Shown here in pieces: positions 1-8,312 of a stretch of 64,000 nt of DNA. The DNA lies in the NCBI GenBank assembly GCA_964453185.1, contig CAYVNN010000002.1, positions 55,843 through 119,842 on the forward strand, given 5' to 3'. How positions within the stretch are numbered: position 1 is the first letter of the stretch; every line of letters starts with the position of its first letter. The notes under the pieces are model-generated. The model saw only the letters and a list, made by a program, of their open reading frames with translations. It ran no database searches and was not told the DNA's origin. This DNA is from an uncultured Methanosarcinales archaeon (GTDB lineage Archaea > Nanobdellota > Nanobdellia > Woesearchaeales > DSVV01). The position numbers were made by a program, and so were the translations under genes.

Positions 1-1462
1 GTCTATCAACTTGTTTATCAATATTAACAACACCAGTCTTAAGATGTCTTTTAAGATGTCTACCAACATGTTTATCAAATTGTCCAACACTCTTATTCAA
101 TCCACCCTTTACCTCAAAAATAATTCCAGAAATAGGTCTAACTGCAACCAACTTAATAAATAAATCAGTTGTATCTGATGGTTTTACTCTTCTCATTTCT
201 TTTAAAACAGGCATATAAAACCACATTGCCAGAAATCTAAAAAAACCAGACACAAAAAATACAACTTGATACCGAGACATTAAAAAAGAAGGTGCAATAG
301 CATTATTAGCAATAAAACTTCCAATCAATGCAGCAACAAAAACTAACAAACCCATTAAAACATTATGATAAGCAATTGCTCTTGTTCTATTCTTTGGTGT
401 TACAGCATCAAAATGATAATTACTTGTACTTAAATTAAAACCAGCCCACACAAATCCAGATAACATCTGTATAATAAACAAATATACAATACTTGTTGTC
501 CAAGGAACTAACCATAAAAAAGGGACACAAACAATAACCCACCCAGTTATTGCCATTATTTTTTTATTACCAAAAATATCAATATGTCTACCCCAATAAA
601 TCATTGTTAGTAATGTTGCTAATGAAGCAGCAGTATATACAATCATCAAACTAAGATAATTAAAACCCATGTCATACAACATAAAGGCTGAATAAAAAGG
701 AGATGAAACTGAAACTGCAAATCTAAATAATGAATGATACACAACATATCTACCATAATGAGTGTGTCTAAGTTTACTTACAAAATCAGAAAAATTAAAA
801 TTAGCTTTTTGTTTAACTTTATGCCTAGGATCATGCATTTTATATAAGTAACAAAAAGAGATTAATCTTCCAACCATAGAAATAAAGAAAATTATACCAA
901 AACCTACCCAAACATTAATTCCTTCATAAAGAAATAAGATGATCCCTGCAATAATTAAAGTAAGTGTAGCAACTACACCAATTGCTTTATTTCTCTTACC
1001 AAAATAAGTTCCTCTCTCATCTTCCTTAACAATATCTCCCATCAAACTATTCCACGCTGGAGCAATAAATTCCCCTAATACTATATATAATGTAAAAAAT
1101 GTAATCAAAAAAGGTAGACTAAAACTCTTAAAAATAAAAGGTAAAATAAACAATGGAAACCAACATAATGCCTGTAACAATACCCCTAATAAAATTAATT
1201 TCTTTCTATTCTTAAACCTCTGAACAACATCTGCAGTAAAAAGTTGCATAAGAGAACTTAATAATCTTGGCATTGATGATAAAAAAGCAATTTGAGTATT
1301 TGTTGCTTTTAAGGCAATTGCAAATGGAGTAACATAGGTATTCGCCACTGAAGTTGAAATAGAAGCTGCAGAACCATCATATATAGAATAGATCAGATTC
1401 TTTTTTCTAATTCTCTCATTAATTCTTTTCACTCTTTGTCTAAGTTTTTTATTTAGAAGCAT
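1..1462 (-). CDS. MFS-type transporter, C-terminus cut by the window start
   Basis: Minus-strand ORF starting at the ATG at 1460-1462 (MLLNKKLRQRVKRINERI...) and remaining open to position 1. It has many hydrophobic segments and MFS-like loop motifs. It is absent from the ORF track only because it runs off the edge. Confidence 0.55.
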   Translation of the reverse strand, partial: MLLNKKLRQRVKRINERIRKKNLIYSIYDGSAASISTSVANTYVTPFAIALKATNTQIAFLSSMPRLLSSLMQLFTADVVQRFKNRKKLILLGVLLQALCWFPLFILPFIFKSFSLPFLITFFTLYIVLGEFIAPAWNSLMGDIVKEDERGTYFGKRNKAIGVVATLTLIIAGIILFLYEGINVWVGFGIIFFISMVGRLISFCYLYKMHDPRHKVKQKANFNFSDFVSKLRHTHYGRYVVYHSLFRFAVSVSSPFYSAFMLYDMGFNYLSLMIVYTAASLATLLTMIYWGRHIDIFGNKKIMAITGWVIVCVPFLWLVPWTTSIVYLFIIQMLSGFVWAGFNLSTSNYHFDAVTPKNRTRAIAYHNVLMGLLVFVAALIGSFIANNAIAPSFLMSRYQVVFFVSGFFRFLAMWFYMPVLKEMRRVKPSDTTDLFIKLVAVRPISGIIFEVKGGLNKSVGQFDKHVGRHLKRHLKTGVVNIDKQVDR

Positions 1463-1646
1463 GTAAAAAAACAATAAGAACTGGTTTATAAAGTTTATTT
1501 ATTTAGAAAATGATTAGAATTGCTATTGCCTTAAGGTCAAAATTTATTAGAAAAACACATAAAGTTCGTTATGTGGGGTTGCGCCCTACAGGCACATAGA
1601 ACTATAATATTCTAATAATGAAAATTTTGAAGGCATTATAGCAATT

Positions 1647-2639
1647 CTACATATTCTTATTTAGAGATTTCAGATAAGAATGTAATTTCTCTTTAACTTT
1701 TATTTTCAACTCTTGACCAATATCAAGAATATCAATCTCATTATCCCAATCAATATCAGGCAAAGTATTAATCTCACTAACTAGATTACGTCCTGCTAAG
1801 TTAGTTTGTTTATCTATCTCTTCTGTATATTTTGAACCAAATTGTTTAATTATTGGAAATTTGCTTACTGAATTAGCTCCAGCTTTAAACAACTCTGAGA
1901 CCCATTCAACCCTATCTGTCCATATTCCTGCCTCAATATCAATCTTTGGAAAAGCTATTCTTGTTGATGCAATCCATTTACAATAATAATCTAATTTAGG
2001 TGGTTCTTTATCTTCAAAATAAGTACCTTTTTGTGGATTTAATGAATAAAAATGAATCTTATCAATATTATGTTTTTCAATAAACTTTTTTAATAATTCA
2101 AAATCTTCAAAAGTTTCTCCTAAACCAATTATGATAGTAATTGCTTTCTTTAATCCAAGTTTTTCAGCAGTTTTAAGCATTTCTTCAAACGGCTTTATTG
2201 GTTTACTTGGACAAACAAAGTCATGTAATTTTGGTTCAACAGTTTCAATAGCTGCAACAACACCTTTGATATAAGGTTTGTATTCAAGAAGTTCATGTTC
2301 TGACAAAGGTCCAACATTAATATAGAACTTATCTCCATATATTATATAGATTAATTCTAACAATTTCTTAAATTCAACTTGAGAATAAGCCTTATGTCCA
2401 CCTGATAAAAAACCAAAGTCCCATTTTAACTTTTTACAAAGAATAGCTTCTGCTAACATACTTTCAGTTGTTCTTCTTGCTAATTTTCCTTTATTATGTT
2501 TACTTTGTACAGACATATAACAATACTTACAATCACCTATTTCACAATACCAACTAAAAAAAATAGCTCTTTCAAAATAAACATCTTTACTAAAGTTCCT
2601 TAGAAATATTTCATCTGCTTTCTGTATGTAGTTGTCCAT
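1647..2639 (-). CDS. radical SAM protein, biotin-synthase-like (BioB/ThiH/HydE/CofG group), with a non-canonical Cx4Cx2C cluster motif
   Basis: The translation contains WYCEIGDCKYCYMS; DCKYC matches the BioB-type motif but the first Cys is spaced one residue further away than usual. FLSGGH resembles a glycine-rich SAM-binding motif. Size 330 aa. Confidence 0.5.
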   Translation of the reverse strand: MDNYIQKADEIFLRNFSKDVYFERAIFFSWYCEIGDCKYCYMSVQSKHNKGKLARRTTESMLAEAILCKKLKWDFGFLSGGHKAYSQVEFKKLLELIYIIYGDKFYINVGPLSEHELLEYKPYIKGVVAAIETVEPKLHDFVCPSKPIKPFEEMLKTAEKLGLKKAITIIIGLGETFEDFELLKKFIEKHNIDKIHFYSLNPQKGTYFEDKEPPKLDYYCKWIASTRIAFPKIDIEAGIWTDRVEWVSELFKAGANSVSKFPIIKQFGSKYTEEIDKQTNLAGRNLVSEINTLPDIDWDNEIDILDIGQELKIKVKEKLHSYLKSLNKNM

Positions 2640-2871
2640 CTGGTCTCCCCCTAACTCTCACTAGTTCATGCTCTGCATTATGATAATTACATCCTGGACA
2701 AACTTGATATTTATGACCAGACATAAATACACCTACAACCTTATTTCCACTATATCCTGGACCGTCCTTAAATTGACTTCTCCTATAAACCCCATCACAC
2801 TCCAAACACTGCAGTCTCGGATCTCTAATGTCCCTAAAAAGCCTTGAAACCTTTATTCCTAGCATAATCAT
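2611..2871 (-). CDS. small double zinc-ribbon protein (hypothetical), immediately upstream of and overlapping the radical SAM gene
   Basis: 86-aa ORF with CLEC...C and CPGC Cys pairs. It overlaps the downstream gene start by 29 nt, so the true start could be internal (MSGHKYQVCPGC). Confidence 0.3.
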   Translation of the reverse strand: MIMLGIKVSRLFRDIRDPRLQCLECDGVYRRSQFKDGPGYSGNKVVGVFMSGHKYQVCPGCNYHNAEHELVRVRGRPDGQLHTESR

Positions 2872-2899
2872 ATAGAATAAGATATTTGTTTATAAAGGT

Positions 2900-3796
2900 T
2901 TAGGCAGCTAAATATCTAAACCTATCAATAACCTGTCTCACTTCTTCTTCAGACTTAGAATGAACATGAATCTGTGTTACATCTTGGTTATCTGCAAGAA
3001 CTCCCCTATATGCTGCTTCATTTGGAGCAATAATATAAATATCATCTAAATGTCTAAGTGAACCATTCATTAAATCAAGACCACCACCAATCACAAATAA
3101 ATCAGGAATTACTATTCCTGCATATGTTGGATAAACAATTTCAGTAGGTAATTCAATTACATTACCATTAGCAAACCTAGTAAGATCAGGAACATAATCA
3201 CCTTCACCACATCCACTTAAATACTCCCCCAACCTTTGTGCCGATGTTTCTAAATCCTTTCCACCTCTAAAAAATCCTCTTGGTTTAACCAATGCACTCA
3301 ATACTTTTAATTCACTTGGATTTTTCCTTAACATATCTGTATGAAAAGATTCAACCAATACAACTCCTCTGTCAATAATATCTTCAATAATAATAAGTGG
3401 CTCACCTGCAATATTTGCTCCATCAAAATCAGAAGGAGTTTTTAATGATGTTCCTGCCTCTGTCCCATGATATGTTGCTCTTTTATAAGTAAATTGAACA
3501 TAATCTAAATCAGGATCAAGATGTCTTTGTAAAACTCTAAAAACAGCATTTGCTCCTTCAGCAAATACCACAAAATTAACTTTTTTTCCTTTATAATCTT
3601 CAGAAATTCGTTCAGCAAGCGCTTTATAAGCCTCTTCAAGTTGTTCTTGATAAACTAAAGCAGTTGCATAATTAAATCCTTCAAGGAGATTTGCAGAAAT
3701 ACTTTGTCTGACTCCCAAAGAAATCCTACGACCAGAAGGTGCCAATAATAATGAATCCAAACCTTGAGCCAATTCTACTCTCGCCATACAATACAA
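2900..3796 (-). CDS. HPRT-like type I phosphoribosyltransferase domain protein with a C-terminal extension
   Basis: GEPLIIIEDIIDRGVVL matches the PRPP-binding motif of hypoxanthine/guanine PRTases (VLIVEDIIDTGKT). It is preceded by the FVVFAEGANAVFRVL flexible-loop region. 298 aa. Confidence 0.55.
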   Translation of the reverse strand: MYCMARVELAQGLDSLLLAPSGRRISLGVRQSISANLLEGFNYATALVYQEQLEEAYKALAERISEDYKGKKVNFVVFAEGANAVFRVLQRHLDPDLDYVQFTYKRATYHGTEAGTSLKTPSDFDGANIAGEPLIIIEDIIDRGVVLVESFHTDMLRKNPSELKVLSALVKPRGFFRGGKDLETSAQRLGEYLSGCGEGDYVPDLTRFANGNVIELPTEIVYPTYAGIVIPDLFVIGGGLDLMNGSLRHLDDIYIIAPNEAAYRGVLADNQDVTQIHVHSKSEEEVRQVIDRFRYLAA

Positions 3797-3841
3797 AGAT
3801 CTTCATTATTTATTAATATTATTATACTTAAAAATATTGAT

Positions 3842-4723
3842 TCAAAGAGTTATCAATACAACACCAATGATTAAAATAATTGTTGCTAACAAATTACTCC
3901 AAAAATTATGTTTTTCTTTAAATATAAAATAAGCCATAATCACTGAAAATATAATCCCAGCTCTTTTTATGGCAATTACAAAAGCAGTATAAGTTAGTTC
4001 TAAAGCAAAAAACTGTGGTACAATTACTGCAAACTGTATTAGTGCAATCAACAATAACCCTTTACACGAAGATAAAAAGACTTTCTTTGTATTAATAATA
4101 AATCTCTTTTTATCTTTAAACAATAAAAATAATGTATAAATAAAAATTACAAAAAAAGGATAAAAAAATAATTGAGTAATAACATTCGAATTATTAATAA
4201 TAAATTTATTAAGAACAGATCCAAATCCATAAATTATTGCAACTATTAAAAAATACCTAGAAGGTTTAAAATCATACAATGCTTTAAATGGTGCCAAAAA
4301 ACCAAGATTATTTTTTTCTACATTAAGTAAATAAACACCAATAACCATCAGGACAACACCAACAATACCAAATAAACTTGGAAGCTCTCCTAACCAAACC
4401 AATGCAATAATTAAAGTAATTAAAGGAGTTAGTGCCAATAATGGTGTTGTCTTTGAAATATCTCCATGTTTAAATCCTTTCATTGTTAAAGCCTGAGCAA
4501 TTGTAACAATCAAACTCATAACAAATAATGAAATAATTATATTAAGATTAATAACAAACTTATCCCAAAGAATTATAATAAAAGGTAATGATAACAATGA
4601 AACATAAACATATTTTAAATAAGCTAGATAAATAGGATCAACATCCCTTACAACCTTTTTTGTAACAATATGCGAAATAGCAAATGCCAAACCACAAATT
4701 ATTCCTAATATTAACCACAACAT
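3842..4723 (-). CDS. DMT/EamA-family membrane transporter
   Basis: 293 aa with about 10 predicted TM helices in two halves, typical of EamA-like permeases. Confidence 0.55.
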   Translation of the reverse strand: MLWLILGIICGLAFAISHIVTKKVVRDVDPIYLAYLKYVYVSLLSLPFIIILWDKFVINLNIIISLFVMSLIVTIAQALTMKGFKHGDISKTTPLLALTPLITLIIALVWLGELPSLFGIVGVVLMVIGVYLLNVEKNNLGFLAPFKALYDFKPSRYFLIVAIIYGFGSVLNKFIINNSNVITQLFFYPFFVIFIYTLFLLFKDKKRFIINTKKVFLSSCKGLLLIALIQFAVIVPQFFALELTYTAFVIAIKRAGIIFSVIMAYFIFKEKHNFWSNLLATIILIIGVVLITL

Positions 4724-4758
4724 AAATAAATAAAAAGAAAAGAAGTATTTAAGAGTTG

Positions 4759-4917
4759 TTAAATATTCTTCAACATCTCTTGTTTATCATTATTAAACTT
4801 ACTCTGACACTCAAAACACACTAAATGCTTCTTACCTTTCTCATCCTTAATGTAGGTACCTATTACTTTCTTCAAAAAGGTTTCATTAATCTTTTTCTTA
4901 CATATTTCACATTTCAT
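4759..4917 (-). CDS. small zinc-ribbon protein (52 aa), not in the ORF track
   Basis: Reverse-strand translation MKCEICKKKINETFLKKVIGTYIKDEKGKKHLVCFECQSKFNNDKQEMLKNI, with CxxC...CxxC. Confidence 0.35.
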   Translation of the reverse strand: MKCEICKKKINETFLKKVIGTYIKDEKGKKHLVCFECQSKFNNDKQEMLKNI

Positions 4918-4959
4918 AAAAATAAGTTAACATCAATTGTTTAAAAAAGTTACTAAAAT

Positions 4960-5060
4960 AATGCCACCGCCTTGGCTCACTATTATAAATAATTTACAAT
5001 AGCGTCAGAATAAGATACGTACATAAAATAAATTTATAATGCCAGAGCCGCTGTGGCATT
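4960..5060. repeat. structured inverted-repeat element, copy A (ATAATGCCACCGCCTTGGCTCACTAT ... AATGCCAGAGCCGCTGTGGCATTAT)
   Basis: Terminal 10-bp stem ATAATGCCAC/GTGGCATTAT plus inner stem GGCTC/GAGCC. It shares the core with the copies at 17652, 23767, 28321, 43741 and 46133. It lies 3' of the minus-strand gene 5084..5956. Confidence 0.75.
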
Positions 5061-5083
5061 ATTAAAAAAATAAAATAAAAGAA

Positions 5084-5956
5084 TTATTTAAAATAATTCT
5101 TCTTATAATGAACAAAGTAATAAACCAATCCCATAATCACTAAAAGTAATAATACTGCACCAACAACCACTGCAACATTAGATTCTTCTTCAATCTCTGT
5201 TGGAATTGTTTCAGATAAATCTTCTGCAATATCATTTATTGATTTTTCTTCCACTTCCTCTAATTCTTCTTCAGAAGTATCTTCCTCTGGTTCTTCTGGT
5301 TCTTCTTCAAGAATTTCTTCTTCCTCTTCTACATCTTCTGTATCCTCTGTATCCTCTGTACTTTCTTCTGCTTCTTCAACATATTCTCGTAATTCTAAAT
5401 AAACCATTGTACTTGATGATCTTTCAAAATAAACAGATAAATCATTATCTCCATCTTGATCTAAATCAATATATCTTGTTTCCCCTTTCTCAATTGTTAA
5501 TGTCTGTGGATCACTTTCAATTGTTATTGTTGCAATTCGTTCCACAGTATCATAATCATCAACAGTTAATGTATGTGAATAATCATTATACTTAAAACGT
5601 GTATATTGGGTTGGTTTAAGATTTACAGTCTTTGATGTAGATGAAAGTGTAAATAATGTAGATGAACTACCGCCGCCACCTCCACCACTTGATGAAGTTG
5701 TTGTACTAGAATCATCTTCACTACTTGTTGTGCTTGAACTTGAAAAACTAGCAGTAAACTCATAACTAGCAGAAGTTGCACCACCTGAAGCTGATGATGA
5801 TGATGATGTATCTCCTTCATAAGTAGCAGATGACAAATCTCCAGCTACAGTCCCTGAACTAGTTGATTCAGCCTCATAACTATCTGAACTTACATCAGCC
5901 CCAAATACAAAAGGCAATGTAAACAAAATAACTAAAAAAACAATTAATTTTTTCAT
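5084..5956 (-). CDS. secreted acidic Ser/Thr/Gly-rich surface protein with a C-terminal TM anchor
   Basis: N-terminal signal peptide (MKKLIVFLVILFTLPFVFGA), a long S/T/G low-complexity region, an acidic E/D-rich tail and a C-terminal hydrophobic anchor followed by a KKNYFK tail. Confidence 0.5.
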   Translation of the reverse strand: MKKLIVFLVILFTLPFVFGADVSSDSYEAESTSSGTVAGDLSSATYEGDTSSSSSASGGATSASYEFTASFSSSSTTSSEDDSSTTTSSSGGGGGGSSSTLFTLSSTSKTVNLKPTQYTRFKYNDYSHTLTVDDYDTVERIATITIESDPQTLTIEKGETRYIDLDQDGDNDLSVYFERSSSTMVYLELREYVEEAEESTEDTEDTEDVEEEEEILEEEPEEPEEDTSEEELEEVEEKSINDIAEDLSETIPTEIEEESNVAVVVGAVLLLLVIMGLVYYFVHYKKNYFK

Positions 5957-5969
5957 TTTTTCACCTTAA

Positions 5970-7121
5970 TTAATGGAATGCTTTCCAACTAGATCCATCA
6001 CAACCATAAAATGTATTATCAGTCATATTAAAAAAGATAGTACCTGCATCTGTTGGGCCACATGTTGCTAAAGCCACAGGTGATGTTCTTAATGTACCAT
6101 CAGCACTAATATTTCCAGCAACCTCTAACATTACTCCTGGATCATCTGTTCCAATACCAACTCTACCGTCATTAACAATTCTCATTAATTCACCTTCTGT
6201 TGAATTCTGAAAAGAAATATTAGCGGACTCTGACTGAACTGTGTTTGCTACCAATGAATTACCAGATGCAGCAATAGAACCAACAACTTCTAAAGTATAA
6301 AAAGGATTAGTCACTCCAATACCCACTTTTCCTGCTTGCGTTATTCTCATTACCTCTGCAGGCGTTGAATTTATAAATGTAATATTTTGTCCAATAGGAA
6401 AATCAAGATTATTAACAATCAAACTATTAGAAGCTTTAATACTACCAACAACATCTAAAACCTGAGCAGGAGTTGTTGTTCCTATTCCCACATTTCCAGC
6501 ATCTGTTATCCTAATTATTTCATTAGATGTTGAATTATAAAATGAAATAGCACTTGTTGATGAAGGAATCTTTAAAGCACCAGTAGCTACACTAGTAGCA
6601 ACAAGTGTTCCATTAACATCTAGAATACTAGTAGGATTATTTGTTCCTATACCAACCCTATTATTATCATAATCAATATGTAACGTACTATTATCAGAAT
6701 TAAAAGTAAAATTAGCACTTTCAAGATCTCCTGAACCTACATCTCCCAAAGGAGAATAAAATATTCTTCTATCAACATTATCTCCAGTTAAATTTGTAAA
6801 ATTAGCATCTTCATTATTAATATAATAATTTTTATAATAAGCATCACCATAATTCAAACTTAAAGCATTAGAACTATTTTCCCCTAATAAAACATTCCAT
6901 GAACCATTACTAATTGCATTAGTAAAGTTCTCTGCATACTGTAATGTTCCACCAGATGCAGCATCCCATATTTCAACTGTTAAATTTCCTGTACTTAACA
7001 ATGTCCCTGTCGAACTCGTCTTAACACCACTACCACTATCAGACATTACAAATCCACTTGCTGCACTTACACTAAAACTTAACATAACTAGAACCATAAC
7101 ATAAACTAATACTTTTTTCAT
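5970..7121 (-). CDS. secreted repeat protein with phage-tail-fibre-like G-x-VGIGT-x-x-P repeats
   Basis: Signal peptide, then four repeats of the type (M/I)RIT(D/Q)AG(N/K)VGIGTTTPAQVL(D/E)VVGSI and a C-terminal YGCDGSSWKAF. Confidence 0.55.
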   Translation of the reverse strand: MKKVLVYVMVLVMLSFSVSAASGFVMSDSGSGVKTSSTGTLLSTGNLTVEIWDAASGGTLQYAENFTNAISNGSWNVLLGENSSNALSLNYGDAYYKNYYINNEDANFTNLTGDNVDRRIFYSPLGDVGSGDLESANFTFNSDNSTLHIDYDNNRVGIGTNNPTSILDVNGTLVATSVATGALKIPSSTSAISFYNSTSNEIIRITDAGNVGIGTTTPAQVLDVVGSIKASNSLIVNNLDFPIGQNITFINSTPAEVMRITQAGKVGIGVTNPFYTLEVVGSIAASGNSLVANTVQSESANISFQNSTEGELMRIVNDGRVGIGTDDPGVMLEVAGNISADGTLRTSPVALATCGPTDAGTIFFNMTDNTFYGCDGSSWKAFH

Positions 7122-7181
7122 ACTAACCCACCTCTTTTAATAATAATTTATATTTAATTAATTAAGAATATATAAACCTTT

Positions 7182-7799
7182 CTATATAAACAACTTAGTC
7201 CCAATCCTTACCATATTACTTCCTTCATCTATTGCTATATTATAATCATTACTCATACCCATGGAAAGATATTTTAATTTTAACCTAGAATTAATCTTCT
7301 TCATCTTTCTAAAATATTTCCTTGTTTCTTCTGCTTCAACAAAAGGAGCCATACACATTAACCCAATAACTTCAATATTCTTCAATTTCCTAATTTTATC
7401 ATAAGCATCAATTACTTCATCAACTAAAAAGCCATATTTTTGTTCTTCAAATTTTATCTCTAACATTATTGGCATTTTCTTTACACTTCTTTTATCTATC
7501 TCCAAAGCCAACCTTAAAGAATCAACAGATTGAATGCAATCAAACAATTCAACAGCTTTCTTTACTTTATTAGTCTGTAAGTGACCAATCATATGCTTTT
7601 CCACATTTTCTATATGCTTAAACTTTTCTTCTGCTTCATTTACCCTATTTTCACCAATTACTTTAACACCACATCTAATTAACTCATTGATTTCATCTAC
7701 ATTCCTTCCTTTTGTTACAGCGATTAACTTAACATCCCCTATTTCCTTTTTAATTTTCTCTAAATTATCTTTAATCATATATCCAACAATATCATCCAA
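7182..7799 (-). CDS. yggS: YggS/PROSC-family PLP-binding protein
   Basis: LIAVTKGRNVDEI...IGHLQTNKVK...IEVIGLMCMAPF...MGMSNDY is the characteristic UPF0001 alanine-racemase-N-like fold signature. 205 aa. Confidence 0.8.
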   Translation of the reverse strand: MDDIVGYMIKDNLEKIKKEIGDVKLIAVTKGRNVDEINELIRCGVKVIGENRVNEAEEKFKHIENVEKHMIGHLQTNKVKKAVELFDCIQSVDSLRLALEIDKRSVKKMPIMLEIKFEEQKYGFLVDEVIDAYDKIRKLKNIEVIGLMCMAPFVEAEETRKYFRKMKKINSRLKLKYLSMGMSNDYNIAIDEGSNMVRIGTKLFI

Positions 7800-7954
7800 A
7801 TATATAAGGATTACGCATAAAATGTGTAACTAAGTAGGAATATAATTTAATATATGTGTATATATGTGTATAAATACCATAGAAAACTTTAAATACAACT
7901 TAAGACCCAGAAAAACATAGATAATAATTGAGTTTTATTAAAGAGGGGATATTC

Positions 7955-8218
7955 ATGGCTGAAGAAGATAAAAAATTTTCAAAACAATTAGTAGGAAAGA
8001 CCGTTGTAAGTAAAACAGGAAAGAGATTTGGTGAAGTTGGAGACATTATCTTTGAAACAAGATCAGGAGAATTAATCCATTTAGTATTGGCAAATCCTAC
8101 TTCTTACACAGAAAAACTAGAATTAGAAAGAGATAAGGAAAATAACATATTAATTCCATTCTCAGCAGTAATCGCTATTGGCGACTTCATGGTAATCGCT
8201 GAGGAAGATATCATCTGA
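7955..8218 (+). CDS. PRC-barrel domain protein
   Basis: GKTVVSKTGKRFGEVGDIIFETRSGELIHLVL is typical of PRC barrels. The start is placed at the ATG at 7955, preceded by the AGAGGGG RBS; the longer track ORF would include the RBS in the coding sequence. Confidence 0.6.
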   Translation: MAEEDKKFSKQLVGKTVVSKTGKRFGEVGDIIFETRSGELIHLVLANPTSYTEKLELERDKENNILIPFSAVIAIGDFMVIAEEDII

Positions 8219-8312
8219 TATCTGACGAACGCGATCTTAAAAATTTCTAATTTTTATTGATAGCCGAAGAGGATATCATTTAAATAAAAAAATAATTTTT
8301 ACTTATTTTTCT

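Noticed and set aside
5200-5820. Track ORFs 5200..5595 (+) and 5623..5820 (-), Leu/His/Gln-rich proteins
   Set aside because: They lie antisense to or out of frame with the acidic Ser/Thr-rich surface protein gene 5084..5956. Their low-complexity translations are by-products of the GAA/TCT-rich coding repeats.
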